Source of the DNA: Candidatus Nitrospinota bacterium M3_3B_026
GTDB lineage: Bacteria > Nitrospinota_A > UBA7883 > JBPRGF01
Assembly (NCBI GenBank): GCA_051418015.1
Contig: JBPRGF010000003.1
Span: 160,001-224,000 of the forward strand
DNA: 64,000 bases
Direction: 5' to 3'
Below are positions 11,058 through 21,631 of the stretch, in pieces. Below the pieces are notes generated by a model. It did not search any database. It saw nothing but the letters and a program-made list of their open reading frames with translations, and was not told where the DNA came from. The number at the start of each line of letters is the position of its first letter. The stretch's first letter is position 1. Position numbers and translations under genes: made by a program.

Positions 11058-11842
11058 AGGGCCTGGCTCGCGCCAAGGTCCGCTACGTCGATCTCGTCTA
11101 TGTCCCGGCCCGCCGAGGCTTTCGAGGCGCCGAAGCCCTCCTGCCCCGGGAGATCGTCGAACGACATGGGGTTCGACACCTGCCCGGCAAGGGTCATCTG
11201 CTGGATGGCCCGACCGACCTCCGCCGCGCCGGACATCGCCACCGCCACGGAGCGGATGTAGATGAGCTGGTCGTCGTCGGTCGTCGGGTCCTTGTCTTCC
11301 GTCCCGTCGCCATTGTTAGGGTTCGTGTCCTCGCCGAAGTTGTCCCAGGCGGTGACGGTGTAGGTTATATCGAGGTTGCCCACGGTCACGGTCCTCTGGG
11401 CTATCTGGACACCCGCCGCCGTCCACGGCCCGTCAAGCATGGATTCGCCGTCTCCGCATCCCCCGTTGGCGGCGGTTGTGGGCACGGGCCCGCAGAAATA
11501 AGTCAGGCTCATCGGCAGGGCGTACATGGAGCCGTCCAGCAGGAAATCCCAGTCCGGCTCCTCGAGGGCCGCGGCGAGCTTGGCCGCGTTGCCGTCCTGA
11601 AAATCCTTGGCCAGGATCGTCTTCGCGTGCTTCAGGCCCGTCTCGGCGATGAAGAAGGCGCCCATGTTGGTCCTCATGTTGTTGGCTATCCGCTGCTCGA
11701 TGGAGGACTTGGTGGCGGAGTAGATGCCCATCACCGTCACCATCGCCAGTATGAGCAGCGCAAGCAGCAGCACCGCGCCCCGCCTCTCCTGGAGTGGTGG
11801 GCGGCGGCGCATGGTCATTCCGTGGCGTCTTGTGGCGTCCAT
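11054..11842 (-). CDS. pilX: PilX-like minor pilin
   Basis: RG|AVLLLALLILAMVTVMG (no E+5, as in PilX) and AFFIAETGL. Confidence 0.82.
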   Translation of the reverse strand: MDATRRHGMTMRRRPPLQERRGAVLLLALLILAMVTVMGIYSATKSSIEQRIANNMRTNMGAFFIAETGLKHAKTILAKDFQDGNAAKLAAALEEPDWDFLLDGSMYALPMSLTYFCGPVPTTAANGGCGDGESMLDGPWTAAGVQIAQRTVTVGNLDITYTVTAWDNFGEDTNPNNGDGTEDKDPTTDDDQLIYIRSVAVAMSGAAEVGRAIQQMTLAGQVSNPMSFDDLPGQEGFGASKASAGRDIDEIDVADLGASQAL

Positions 11843-11855
11843 CGTTTCACCTCTT

Positions 11856-12917
11856 TTATATCCCGCTGGCCTTGTAGAACTGGTTGCGCAGCATCACCGT
11901 CCTGGTTATCACCCTGTGCCTGCGCTTGTCCGGCGCGAGGCCTACCGTGCTGTTGTCCAGAACGGGCGGCGTCTCCATCGCCTTCTTCGGGTCCTCCCCC
12001 TTGGTCCTCACCATGATGTTCAGCCGGGCCATTATGATGTTCAGAACATCCGTCACGGCGTCGCCGTCCACCCAGACATCCACCACCCCGTCGCCGTTGG
12101 TGTCCTCGCCGTAGGTGATCTGCAGGTCATCGACGTGGTTGGCGACAACCTCCGGCGTCCCGCCCTGCCGCTCGCGGATGAGCTGGGTGTTGCCGGCGTC
12201 GGTGGGGTCCTGGCGGACGTAATAATAGATATCCTCACCTATGGTGAAAACGGCGGGCCAGTTGGGGTTGCCCCCCTGGTTGCACTGCTGGGGCCTGTTG
12301 GCGGTGTCGTTCCCCCTGTTGAAGTTTATGTTCACCTGCGTCGCCCCCTGCCAGCCGGTCTGGTCCGTGATGTCTCCCTTGCAGGAGTAGCCGGTGGAGG
12401 GGTCCACAACCTTCACGTTGAACTCGGCCATGCAGTCGCCGATCTCCTGGTTGTTGAGGTTGTAGTCGTAGCAGTCCATGCAGCCGATAAGACTCTCCTG
12501 CGGCACCTGCGGGAAAGCGGCCGAATTCTCGTTGAAGCCGGGGTAGCTGATCGGCTGCAGGCAGGACGATGTGAAAATCTCTATGATGTCCGTCCCGTCC
12601 AGGGCGCCAAGGTTGCTCCTGACGGCGGCGTAGGCCGCGTCGGCATTGTCGAAGGGCATTACGACCCACGCTCCCGGCGGGCCGGAGACGGCCCTTATGT
12701 CGCGGCTCATGTAGTCCACCGCCACGCGGGAGTTTATCTCCATGTTCTTCATCTCGTCCAGCAGGACGAAGGCGTCGCGGTTGCTGATGAACATCTGCAC
12801 CGCCCCGGCCATCACCAGGCTGCCGATCGCCAGGGCGACGAGGATCTCTATGAGGGTGAAACCGCCCCGGCGCGCGGGGCGGGCCCTCAGCTCAGTATCA
12901 CGCTCGAGGCGGCGCAT
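11856..12917 (-). CDS. pilW: PilW-like minor pilin
   Basis: GG|FTLIEILVALAIG, MSRDIR, VDDLQITYGEDTNGDG, terminal VMLRN. Confidence 0.88.
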   Translation of the reverse strand: MRRLERDTELRARPARRGGFTLIEILVALAIGSLVMAGAVQMFISNRDAFVLLDEMKNMEINSRVAVDYMSRDIRAVSGPPGAWVVMPFDNADAAYAAVRSNLGALDGTDIIEIFTSSCLQPISYPGFNENSAAFPQVPQESLIGCMDCYDYNLNNQEIGDCMAEFNVKVVDPSTGYSCKGDITDQTGWQGATQVNINFNRGNDTANRPQQCNQGGNPNWPAVFTIGEDIYYYVRQDPTDAGNTQLIRERQGGTPEVVANHVDDLQITYGEDTNGDGVVDVWVDGDAVTDVLNIIMARLNIMVRTKGEDPKKAMETPPVLDNSTVGLAPDKRRHRVITRTVMLRNQFYKASGI

Positions 12918-13372
12918 TGCTTCATGCTCCCTTTGTAATTCCAGGTTACCGTGACCGTCACCGTGTCCACCCCGGTCACGGGGACGTCCCTTTGCAGATC
13001 GACGGTGAGGGTCCCGTTCGATAAATGCATCTGCGTCAACTGGCCTTGCAGGGCGTCGTGGTCCTCCCCGGCGCGCCCGGCCACCGGCGCGGATGAGACG
13101 GCGGTGACGGTGAATCCGTCGTAGTCGGCGATGTTATCGAAGTTGGTCTGGACGCGGTCGATGGCGTCGTAGGCGAGGCTGACGGCCGAGTCCATCTCCC
13201 TTGTGAGTATCTCGCCGGAGACGGAGTTGACCTGGAGCATGGTTATCCCCAGCACGCCCACGGCGAGGATGGTTATGGCGACGAGGACCTCTATGAGCGT
13301 GAAACCGGCCCTGCGCCGAGACGGCGCGCCGGGCCTTCGCCCCCGGCTCGTCATGGACTCCGTGTGTGTCAT
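12887..13372 (-). CDS. pilV: PilV-like minor pilin
   Basis: AG|FTLIEVLVAITILAVGVLGITMLQ, VTVTVTW; start at 13372 has a GAGGG SD. Confidence 0.85.
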   Translation of the reverse strand: MTHTESMTSRGRRPGAPSRRRAGFTLIEVLVAITILAVGVLGITMLQVNSVSGEILTREMDSAVSLAYDAIDRVQTNFDNIADYDGFTVTAVSSAPVAGRAGEDHDALQGQLTQMHLSNGTLTVDLQRDVPVTGVDTVTVTVTWNYKGSMKQCAASSVILS

Positions 13373-13516
13373 CTTGCGGTCCCTCACTTGCAGGACAAAC
13401 CTCAAGCGGGGAATGGGGATGACTTTAATATACAGCCAAACGGGGAAGAGCGGCAGGACAAATGTCCTTAAATCTCGATTTTTTTAGTTTTTTTCCCGCG
13501 GTTTGCGGAAAAACCG

Positions 13517-13942
13517 TCAGTGGCCGCTTTTGGACAGGCGAAGCAGGGTCTCCGAGAGGGCCTCTTTTCTCTTCACGTCGAGGATGCTCCTTATATAGGA
13601 GAAGCTCTCCGGGTTCGCCATGAGCGCGCCGCGGAGGATCTCCGAGCGCACGAGGGCGGCGATCTGCTCCCTGGAGTAGCCGCTGTCCATCCCCATGCCC
13701 TTGCGCAGCCTGGCCGCCTTGGATGACAGCACCGCCAGCGCCCCCGCGTAGGCAGGCAGGTCATGGGAGGTTATGCGGCTTGCGTCCTTGACCTTGTCCA
13801 CCTGCCTTAAAAGGGTCAGCTTCTCGGCCGTGTCGGGCAGGTCCCGGAGGGTCTGGAGAACGAGCATGGCCCACGTTCTGACGTCCTGGACGTAGCGATC
13901 CTTCATTCTAAGTCGGCCTGGGCCAGTTTCGGGATAAACCAT
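13517..13942 (-). CDS. Hypothetical alpha-helical protein
   Basis: Codon usage like neighbouring genes; fills the gap between dnaN and pilV; alternative start at 13906. Confidence 0.6.
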   Translation of the reverse strand: MVYPETGPGRLRMKDRYVQDVRTWAMLVLQTLRDLPDTAEKLTLLRQVDKVKDASRITSHDLPAYAGALAVLSSKAARLRKGMGMDSGYSREQIAALVRSEILRGALMANPESFSYIRSILDVKRKEALSETLLRLSKSGH

Positions 13943-14027
13943 CTTTGATCAAACCAAACGGCGGTGTCGTGGATAGTATACCACCGCCGCCCCCGGGCGG
14001 CCCCGGAATTAAACACGGGGAGGGGGT

Positions 14028-15128
14028 TTAAAGCCGCATGGGCATGACGATGCAAAGCAGCCCGGCGTCGCCCGCGGCCCGGGCCAGCACGGGGCTCAAG
14101 GGGTCCTGCATCCTGAGGACCACCTCGTCCTCGTTCAGGATGCTCAGCATGTCCAGCAGGTAATTGGCGTTCAGGCCGATCAGCAACTCCTCGCCGGTGT
14201 ACTTCACGGGGATCTCGTCCCGCGCCTCGCCAAGCTCCCCACCCTCGCTGGAAAGCTCCAGCCTGCCGTCGCCGAACGAGAGCCGGACCATGTGCGACTT
14301 TTCGTCCGCCAGGGTGTTCACGCGCCTCAAGCTGTGGGTGAAGGCGGAGGATTCTATCACCGCCTCGCGGGTGTGGGCCTTCGGGATCACCTGCTCGTAG
14401 TTGGGGAACGCGCCCTCTATGAGCCTTATAACCAGCACGGAGCTTCCCTTCCTGAAGACGGCGTGGTTGTCCTGGGTCAGAAAGTCGATCGGCTCCCCGT
14501 CCTCGGAAAGCAGCCTGTAAAGCTCGTTGACCGCCTTCCTGGCGATTATCGTCTTCACCGGCTCGGCCACCTTGAACGCGCCCTCCCTCTCGATGAAGGC
14601 CAGCCTGTGCCCGTCCGTGGCCACCATCCGGGCCTTCGTGGGGTCTATCTCGAAAGAGGCGCCGTTCAGGGTCAGCCTCGTCTCGTCCTGGGAGATGGCG
14701 TAGCTTGTCTTGCGGATCATCTCGAGCAGCATCTCCGAGTCCAGCGCGATGAACCCGGACTCGTCGTAGGAGGGGAAGGCGGGGAACTCGTCGGCGCTGA
14801 TCGTGCTCAGGTTGAACTTTGAGCTGCCGCAGGTGATCCGCAGCCGCCCGTCGTCGTCCAGCCGGGCGGATACCGGCTCGGGGGGCAGCTCACGCACTAT
14901 GTCGAAAAGCTTCCGCGCCTGGGCCGTCACCCTCCCGGGGGAGGAGACCTCGGCCTCGTAGGAGCCGCGAAAACCCATGTCCAGGTTCGTGGCGAAGACG
15001 TCTATCCCGGAATCCGCCGCCTCTATAAGCACGTTCGCCAGGATGGGCATGGCGCCCTTGGGGGACACTATCCCCTGCGCTCTCTGCAGGCTCTTGAAAA
15101 ACTCGTCACGACCGATTGTGAATTCCAT
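14028..15128 (-). CDS. dnaN: DNA polymerase III beta sliding clamp
   Basis: MPILANVL, VATDGHRLA, RLIEGAFPNYEQVIP, C-terminal IVMPMRL; 366 aa. Confidence 0.97.
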   Translation of the reverse strand: MEFTIGRDEFFKSLQRAQGIVSPKGAMPILANVLIEAADSGIDVFATNLDMGFRGSYEAEVSSPGRVTAQARKLFDIVRELPPEPVSARLDDDGRLRITCGSSKFNLSTISADEFPAFPSYDESGFIALDSEMLLEMIRKTSYAISQDETRLTLNGASFEIDPTKARMVATDGHRLAFIEREGAFKVAEPVKTIIARKAVNELYRLLSEDGEPIDFLTQDNHAVFRKGSSVLVIRLIEGAFPNYEQVIPKAHTREAVIESSAFTHSLRRVNTLADEKSHMVRLSFGDGRLELSSEGGELGEARDEIPVKYTGEELLIGLNANYLLDMLSILNEDEVVLRMQDPLSPVLARAAGDAGLLCIVMPMRL

Positions 15129-15198
15129 GGGCCGGTCCGTCTCCCAGAGAGGTTTTAAATATATATATTAATATCAACCCAAGTCTAAAGGCTTTGAC

Positions 15199-15227
15199 AT
15201 ATTATCAACACGGGTAAAAGGTGTCAA
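15199..15227 (-). promoter_or_regulatory. Putative sigma-70 promoter of dnaN overlapped by a DnaA-box-like 9-mer
   Basis: Minus strand TTGACA (15227-15222), 17-nt spacer, TAATAT (15204-15199); TTATCAACA at 15202-15210 is one mismatch from TTATCCACA. Confidence 0.55.
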
Positions 15228-15339
15228 TCGGGGAAGCTTTTTGGCTTATCCCGCGTGAAATGGGCGGATATTGTATATATAATTGTCGCGTCGATTGATC
15301 GCAGACCAGAAAGACACGAGATTTCCTAAGGAGAGTGTC

Positions 15340-15777
15340 ATGCCACGAAAACTTGTTCTGACCTTCCTTTTAACGTTGTCGATGGTGTCCATGGCCGGCG
15401 CGGCCTCCGCCATGACCTTGTGGGGCGCCGTCACGAATGGCGACGCCGCCTCCGCGCGCGAGCTGGTGTCGCAAGGCGCCAACGTGAACGCCGCCACGAA
15501 AAACGGCACGACCCTTCTCATCCACGCCGCCGAGCTGGGCCATCTTGAGATAGTGAAGATGCTGATAGCCAACGGCGCCGGCGTGAACGCCAGGTGCAAG
15601 CCGGGCTACACGGCCCTCATGCTGGCCGCGGACAACGGCCACGCGGAGGTCGTCCGGGTTCTCATAGACAGCGGCGCTGACGTCAACGCCGCGGACAACG
15701 CGGGAGGCACCGCGCTTCAGTACGCCATGACCGGCGAGATCGCCCAGGTGTTGCGGTCGGCGGGCGCGCGGCGGTAA
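15340..15777 (+). CDS. Secreted ankyrin repeat protein
   Basis: Signal peptide ending ASA; repeats GTTLLIHAAELGHLEIVKMLIANGAGVNA and GYTALMLAADNGHAEVVRVLIDSGADVNA; AAGGAG SD. Confidence 0.9.
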   Translation: MPRKLVLTFLLTLSMVSMAGAASAMTLWGAVTNGDAASARELVSQGANVNAATKNGTTLLIHAAELGHLEIVKMLIANGAGVNARCKPGYTALMLAADNGHAEVVRVLIDSGADVNAADNAGGTALQYAMTGEIAQVLRSAGARR

Positions 15778-15825
15778 TAGAGAGGGGCGTTATGCGCCGG
15801 GCGGCGCGGCGACCGCTCCGGGCTG

Positions 15826-16308
15826 TCAGGCGCTTCCCTGCGCCTGGTCGTGGATGGTCTGAAGGTCTGTTATCTCGTATCTTCTGGCGCCTGACGGGGC
15901 GCTGACCGTCACCTCGTCGCCCTCCTCCTTTCCCATCAGGGCTTTGCCTATGGGGGTGGCGAGGGATATCCTGCCGTTGTCGGGGTCTACCTCCTCGGGG
16001 AAGACGAAGGTGTACGTCACCGTCTCGCCAGTCTCCATGTCCTCCAGGACCACCCGTGAGCCGAAACCAACCCTGTCCTGGGGGATCGACCGCAGGTTTA
16101 TGGCCAGGATCTCCCTTACCCTTTTTGTCAGGTGAGCTATGCGCGACTCGACGAGGCTTTTGCGCTCCTTGGCGGCGTCATACTCGGCGTTTTCCGACAG
16201 GTCGCCGTGGGCGGCGGCTGTTTCAAGCTCCCGCGGGATCTCGTGGCGCAGCTCGTGGGTGAGCCTCGAAAGCTCCTGCTCCAGCTTGTTGACTATCTCG
16301 AACCTCAT
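15826..16308 (-). CDS. greA: Transcription elongation factor GreA family
   Basis: AAAHGDLSENAEYDAAKE, VGFGSRV, ISLATPIGKALMGK. Confidence 0.93.
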   Translation of the reverse strand: MRFEIVNKLEQELSRLTHELRHEIPRELETAAAHGDLSENAEYDAAKERKSLVESRIAHLTKRVREILAINLRSIPQDRVGFGSRVVLEDMETGETVTYTFVFPEEVDPDNGRISLATPIGKALMGKEEGDEVTVSAPSGARRYEITDLQTIHDQAQGSA

Positions 16309-16371
16309 AGGTGTACAATCTAGCTAGAAAAGGTTGACGATTACACGATCATTATATACTCCATCGCCGGT

Positions 16372-16830
16372 ATGAAAAGAGCCGTTTTCACCAGCCTGGC
16401 CGTTTTCGTCCTGCTTTTGCGCGGCCCCGCCCAGGCCCAGACAATCCACTCCGGCGAGGGCGTGGCGCTCCGCGACACCGTCTCCAGGCTGGCCGCCATC
16501 CTGGAGGACGAGATCAGCCGGGACGAGTATCTGGTCTCCGAGCCCATGAACCTCGTACGCCTTAACATGACCAGAAAAAAACTCTCCGAGGGACTCAAGA
16601 AGAAGGAGCCGCTGGCGCAAGGCCTGGAGGACAGGACGATCCCGGACCAGATAAAAGAGGCCGCGAGGATCGTCATCGAATCGGCCAGGGAGGAAAAAGA
16701 GATAGCCGGGAACATCCGCAGGACCCACTCCGCCCGCAAGGACGCTTACTGGACCATCAAGAAGAACCTGCCGGAAAAGAAAAAGGCCCTGGAAGACTTC
16801 GAGCGCTGGCTGGGGGAAAGGGGCCGGTAG
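16372..16830 (+). CDS. Secreted hypothetical helical protein
   Basis: Sec signal peptide (MKRAVF...AQA) and charged coiled-coil-like body. Confidence 0.7.
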   Translation: MKRAVFTSLAVFVLLLRGPAQAQTIHSGEGVALRDTVSRLAAILEDEISRDEYLVSEPMNLVRLNMTRKKLSEGLKKKEPLAQGLEDRTIPDQIKEAARIVIESAREEKEIAGNIRRTHSARKDAYWTIKKNLPEKKKALEDFERWLGERGR

Positions 16831-16839
16831 CCGCGGCCT

Positions 16840-17388
16840 TCAGGCGCCGCTGGAGGCCAGCCTTATCATCCGGTCCAGTTCGTCCCTGCCCGGCTTCAGC
16901 TTCCCAAGGAAAACGGCGGAGACAAGGTAGAAAAAGGACGGCGTGACGATCTCCCGGGAGACCAGCGCCAGCATCAGCCCGTAGACGGCGACGGTTTCCA
17001 CCAGCGCCCATCTTATGATGAGCGCCTGGAAATAGTGCGCCGTGACGGCCAGGGCTTTTTTGTCCTCGTCCCGGACGGCGACGGTGATGTCCACGGGCAG
17101 GGCCGTGGCGCCCCTGCCTTCAAGGAAGTTCCGTATCCCCTCGCGGCTCCTGTATCTTCTGTCCAGGTAATACATCACCCCGATGTTTCCCGCCGCCATG
17201 ACGGCGAGGACGGCCCTCGCCATGGACAACAGGCTCCCCTCGAACTCCACGACCGGCGGGAAGGCGGAGATGAAAAAGAGCGTCACGGCCGCGTAAACGC
17301 CCACCCCGCCCAGCATCGCCGCCCATATGATGAAAAGCTTTTTGAGAACGTCGTCCCTGATCCGGGAGGCGGCGAAGGGGTCTTTCAT
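16840..17388 (-). CDS. Hypothetical membrane protein (about 4 TM)
   Basis: Hydrophobic segments; WALVETVAVYGLML motif; co-oriented with serA. Confidence 0.7.
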   Translation of the reverse strand: MKDPFAASRIRDDVLKKLFIIWAAMLGGVGVYAAVTLFFISAFPPVVEFEGSLLSMARAVLAVMAAGNIGVMYYLDRRYRSREGIRNFLEGRGATALPVDITVAVRDEDKKALAVTAHYFQALIIRWALVETVAVYGLMLALVSREIVTPSFFYLVSAVFLGKLKPGRDELDRMIRLASSGA

Positions 17389-17435
17389 GATTTCACCGTC
17401 TCCTTCCGCTCCATCGCGCAGGCGTCCGCCCCCGG

Positions 17436-18662
17436 TCAGTAAAGTATCCGTGTCTTGATCGTGCCAGGGATCTTTCTCAGGTGGTCAAGCATCGACTTGT
17501 CCACGTCCTTGGAGACGTCCATGACAAGGTAGCCGATCTTCGGCGTGGTCATCAGGCTCTGGCCGAGGACGTTGACGCCTTTCTCGGCGAAGAGCGTGTT
17601 CACCCCCTGCAGGACGCCGGGGATGTTCTTGTGGAAGTGCAGGATGCGGTGCCGTCCCTCGTGGATGGGAAGCTCCACCTCCGGGACGTTCACCGCCGTC
17701 GTCGTCGACCCGTTGTTGATGAACTTGATCAGCTTGCCCGCCACCTCCCGGCCGATGTTCTCCTGCGCCTCCAGGGTGGAGCCGCCGATGTGGGGCGTCA
17801 GGATCACGTTGTCCATCCCCTGCAGCGGCGACCGGAACACCTCGCCCTTGGCCTTGGGCTCTTCCGGGAAGACGTCTATGGCCGCCCCGCCGAGCCTGCC
17901 GGACTTCAGCTCCCCGGCCAGCGCGTCGATGTCCACCACGTTGCCGCGGCTGTAGTTTATGAGATAGGCCCCGTCCTTCATCTTCGCCAGCTTCTCCCGG
18001 CTCATCATCCCCGCGGTGACGGGCGTTGCGGGAACGTGCAGGGTGACGATGTCCGAGACGGCCAGCAGCTCATCGATGTCCCGGACGGGCGTGGCGTTGC
18101 CCAGGGCGAGCTTGTCCACGATGTCGTTGTATACGACCTTCATCCCCATCGCCTCCGCCAGGACGCTGACCTGGGCGCCGATGTGGCCATAGCCGATTAT
18201 CCCCAGCGTCTTGCCCCGCACCTCGTGGGAGCCCTCGGCGGTCTTCAGCCAGCGCCCCTCGTGGGCGGCCTTGTTCTTCTCCGGGATGCGCCGAGTCAGC
18301 GAGACGCAGTGGCTGATGATAAGCTCCGCCACGGAGCGGGTGTTGGAGAAGGGCGCGTTGAAGACCGGCGCGCCGATATCGGCCGCCGCGTCGAGGTCTA
18401 TCTGGTTCGTGCCAATACAGAAGGCGCCTACCGCCAGCATACGCCGCGCAGACGAGAGGACATCGCCGGTCACCTGCGTCTTGGAGCGGATGCCTATGAC
18501 GTGGGCTTTTTCTATTTTCTTCTTCAGCTCGTTCGCGTCCAGCGAGCCGGGCAGAAGCTCCACCTGGAACCCCTCCGCCTCGAACCGCTCCACGGCGGAC
18601 TGGTGGATGTTCTCAAGCAGCAGTATCGATATCTTGCTTTTCGGAAACGATGTAACGGCCAT
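17436..18662 (-). CDS. serA: D-3-phosphoglycerate dehydrogenase with C-terminal ACT domain
   Basis: GIRSKT, FCIGTNQ, NAPFSNTRSVAEL, GIIGYGHIG, TPHIGGSTLEAQ, HKNIPGVL. Confidence 0.95.
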   Translation of the reverse strand: MAVTSFPKSKISILLLENIHQSAVERFEAEGFQVELLPGSLDANELKKKIEKAHVIGIRSKTQVTGDVLSSARRMLAVGAFCIGTNQIDLDAAADIGAPVFNAPFSNTRSVAELIISHCVSLTRRIPEKNKAAHEGRWLKTAEGSHEVRGKTLGIIGYGHIGAQVSVLAEAMGMKVVYNDIVDKLALGNATPVRDIDELLAVSDIVTLHVPATPVTAGMMSREKLAKMKDGAYLINYSRGNVVDIDALAGELKSGRLGGAAIDVFPEEPKAKGEVFRSPLQGMDNVILTPHIGGSTLEAQENIGREVAGKLIKFINNGSTTTAVNVPEVELPIHEGRHRILHFHKNIPGVLQGVNTLFAEKGVNVLGQSLMTTPKIGYLVMDVSKDVDKSMLDHLRKIPGTIKTRILY

Positions 18663-18773
18663 TCAAGTCAACCCCGTCTTATTGGTTCAAAGTCCGTGAA
18701 AGGGATAATGATGCGTTAAAACCCCCGCGGGTTCATCAAAGTTGCTGTGCCTGATACGGGACTCCGCGCTCGG

Positions 18774-20381
18774 TCACTTCCCCTTCTTCCTCTTCGCGCC
18801 CCGGCGGGCCTTCTTGTGCAGCTTGTATTCGAGGCTGTCCACCAGCGCCTGCCAGCTGGCCTCGATGACGTTGGGGGAAACGCCGACCGTACCCCACCGG
18901 CTCTGGCCGTCGCCGGACTCTATGAGCACCCTGGTGGTGGAGGCCGTCTTGCTGTCGTCGAGCAGGCGAACCTTGAAGTCGTGCAACTCCACGTCCGAAA
19001 GCTCCGGGTAGCTTTTCACCAGCGCCGCGCGGACGGCCTTGTCCAGGGCGTGGACGGGCCCGTCCCCCTCCGCCACGGAGTGGGTCGTCGTTCCATTGGG
19101 CAGGCGAACCTTTATGACCGCCTCGGCCCAGTTCTCCCCCTGCTCGCCGGCGAAGGAGGAGACCACCCGGGCGCGGACCACGTCGAACTTCTTTTTCCAC
19201 TGGCCCATGGCCTTTCGCATCAAAAGCTCGAAGGAGGCCTCGGCCCCCTCGAACTGGAACCCCTCGCTCTCCAGCTCTTTTAGCTTGGCCAGTATCTTCT
19301 GCGTCGCTTCGTCGTCCTTCGAAAGGTCCAGCCCGAACTGTTCGGCTTTTGTCAGGATGTTCCACTTGCCGGAAAGGTCCGAGATCAGCACCCGCCGTCT
19401 GTTCCCCACAAGCTCCGGCGCGATGTGCTCGTAGGCCGCCGGCTCCTTCACCACCGCGGCGACGTGCACTCCTCCCTTGTGGGCGAAGGCGGAACGGCCG
19501 ACATAGGGCTGGCGCGGCTGCTGGGACATGTTGGCCAGCTCGTAGACGAGCCGGGACAGCTCCCGCAGCTTGCGCAGGTTCCGCGCCGGGACGGCCTTGT
19601 ACTCCATCTTCAGCTGCAGGTTGGGGATGATGGAGCAGAGGTTGGCGTTGCCGCAGCGCTCGCCGATCCCGTTTATTGTCCCCTGGACCATGTCCGCCCC
19701 GCCCCTCACGGCCATGAGGGTGTTGGCGACGCCGTTGTCGGAGTCGTTGTGGCAGTGGATGCCGAGGCGCGCGTCCGGTAGTTTTTCGGTTACATCGCGG
19801 ACTATCTTTTCCACCTCGAAAGGCAGCGCCCCGCCGTTGGTCTCGCACAGGCAGAGCCAGTCCGCCCCGCCCTCGAAGGCGGCTTCGAGGGCCTTGAGGG
19901 CATACCCCGGATCGGCCTTGTAGCCGTCGAAAAAATGCTCCGCGTCGAAGACGACGCTTTCCACCCTGCCTTTCAGGTAGGCGACGGTGTCGTGGATGAT
20001 CTCCAGGTTCCTCTTTTTGGATATGCCCAGAACGCGCGTGGCGTGCATGTCCCAGGTCTTGCCGAAGACCGTTATCACCGGCGCGCCGGACTCGAGCAGA
20101 AGTTTTACGTTGCGGTCGCCGCCGGGCTTGTTTTTCGGGTGATGAGTGGCGCCGAAGGCGGTTATTTTCGCCTTTTTCAGCTTGAGCTTTTTCGCCTCCC
20201 GGAAGTAAGCCTCGTCACGGGGATTGGAGCCGGGCCAGCCGCCCTCGACATAGTGGACGCCGAAATCGTCCAGCGCCTCGGTGATGATGAGCTTGTCGTC
20301 GAGGGAGAAGCTCACCTCCTCCGCCTGCGCTCCGTCCCGCAGGGTGGTGTCGTACAGCTTTATCTTTCCGGCCCCGGTCAT
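18774..20381 (-). CDS. cimA: Citramalate synthase (LeuA family)
   Basis: [56 protein letters not shown]; start overlaps the lysC stop. Confidence 0.93.
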   Translation of the reverse strand: MTGAGKIKLYDTTLRDGAQAEEVSFSLDDKLIITEALDDFGVHYVEGGWPGSNPRDEAYFREAKKLKLKKAKITAFGATHHPKNKPGGDRNVKLLLESGAPVITVFGKTWDMHATRVLGISKKRNLEIIHDTVAYLKGRVESVVFDAEHFFDGYKADPGYALKALEAAFEGGADWLCLCETNGGALPFEVEKIVRDVTEKLPDARLGIHCHNDSDNGVANTLMAVRGGADMVQGTINGIGERCGNANLCSIIPNLQLKMEYKAVPARNLRKLRELSRLVYELANMSQQPRQPYVGRSAFAHKGGVHVAAVVKEPAAYEHIAPELVGNRRRVLISDLSGKWNILTKAEQFGLDLSKDDEATQKILAKLKELESEGFQFEGAEASFELLMRKAMGQWKKKFDVVRARVVSSFAGEQGENWAEAVIKVRLPNGTTTHSVAEGDGPVHALDKAVRAALVKSYPELSDVELHDFKVRLLDDSKTASTTRVLIESGDGQSRWGTVGVSPNVIEASWQALVDSLEYKLHKKARRGAKRKKGK

Positions 20382-21628
20382 TGATCCTCCCACAAGGGCC
20401 TCTCCTCCGGCGGCAGCTTGAGCTGGAACGTCTCGTGCAGTATTCTCACCGCCCGCTCCACCTCGTCCTCGGCCACAACGCAAGAGACCTTTATCTCCGA
20501 AGTGGATATCATCATGATGTTCACCCCGCCGTCCGCCAGCGCCCGGAACGCCCTGGCGGCCACGCCTGTGTGGCTTTTCATCCCCACGCCGATGATGGAG
20601 ACTTTTCCGATGTCCCCGTCGGCGGTTACCTCCTTCGCGCCCAGCTCCCCCAGGATGTTTTTGAGTTTCTCCAGCGTTTTTGGGGCCTCGTTCTTCGGCA
20701 CGGTGAAGGATATGTCCGTCAGCCCCTTCACGGAGATGTTCTGGATGATCATGTCCACGTTTATCCCCTCCTCGGCCACCGAGGAGAAGACACGCGAGGC
20801 GATCCCCGGCCTGTCCGGGACACCCGCCACGGTGATCTTGGCCTGGTTGTGGTCATAGGTGACGGCGGCCACAACGACCTCCTCCATCTTTTTCTTCTCG
20901 GAAGTCACCAGCGTTCCCTTTCCATCAACGAATGTCGATTTGACATATATGGGCATATTATACTTCTTGCCGAACTCCACCGACCGCGTCTGCAGCACCT
21001 TCGCCCCCAGCGAGGCCATCTCCAGCATCTCGTCGAAGGAGATGGCGTCTATCCTGCGGGCGGAGGGGACGACGTTCGGGTCGGTGGTGTAGACCCCGTC
21101 CACGTCGGTGTAAATCTCGAGCATGTCGGCGCCCATCGCCACGGCGATGGCCACCGCGGAGGTGTCCGAGCCCCCGCGCCCCAGGGTGGTGACGTTGCCG
21201 GTCCGCTCGTCGATCCCCTGGAAACCCGCCACCACCGCCACCTTCCCCGCCCCCAGGGCCTCGCGGAGCCTGTCGCCGGTTATCCTGCGGATGCGGGCCT
21301 TCATGTGCGCCGCGTCGGTGAACATGCCTATCTGCCTGCCGGTGAAGGAGGTGGCGGGGACGCCCATCCCGTCGAGGGTGATGGCCAGCAACGCCGCGGA
21401 GACGCGCTCCCCGGAGCTCATCAGGAGGTCCATTTCCCGCTCCGGCGGCGACGCTGAAAGCTCGTGGGCCAGGCTGATGAGCCTGTCGGTCTCGCCGGAC
21501 ATGGCGGAGACCACGACTATAACGTCGTCGCCCCTGCCCCGCGCTTCGGCCACCTTTTTCGCCACGTGGCGGATGCGTTCTATGGAGCCGACGGACGTGC
21601 CTCCGTATTTCTGGACTATCAACGCCAT
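20378..21628 (-). CDS. lysC: Aspartate kinase
   Basis: [26 protein letters not shown], two ACT domains, STSEIKVS. Confidence 0.96.
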   Translation of the reverse strand: MALIVQKYGGTSVGSIERIRHVAKKVAEARGRGDDVIVVVSAMSGETDRLISLAHELSASPPEREMDLLMSSGERVSAALLAITLDGMGVPATSFTGRQIGMFTDAAHMKARIRRITGDRLREALGAGKVAVVAGFQGIDERTGNVTTLGRGGSDTSAVAIAVAMGADMLEIYTDVDGVYTTDPNVVPSARRIDAISFDEMLEMASLGAKVLQTRSVEFGKKYNMPIYVKSTFVDGKGTLVTSEKKKMEEVVVAAVTYDHNQAKITVAGVPDRPGIASRVFSSVAEEGINVDMIIQNISVKGLTDISFTVPKNEAPKTLEKLKNILGELGAKEVTADGDIGKVSIIGVGMKSHTGVAARAFRALADGGVNIMMISTSEIKVSCVVAEDEVERAVRILHETFQLKLPPEERPLWEDQ

Positions 21629-21631
21629 TTT

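Noticed and set aside
7131..11261. 1376-aa plus-strand ORF antisense to pilY1
   Set aside because: Shadow ORF caused by GC-biased codon usage; R/G/V/H-rich with no motifs, while the opposite strand encodes a recognisable PilY1.
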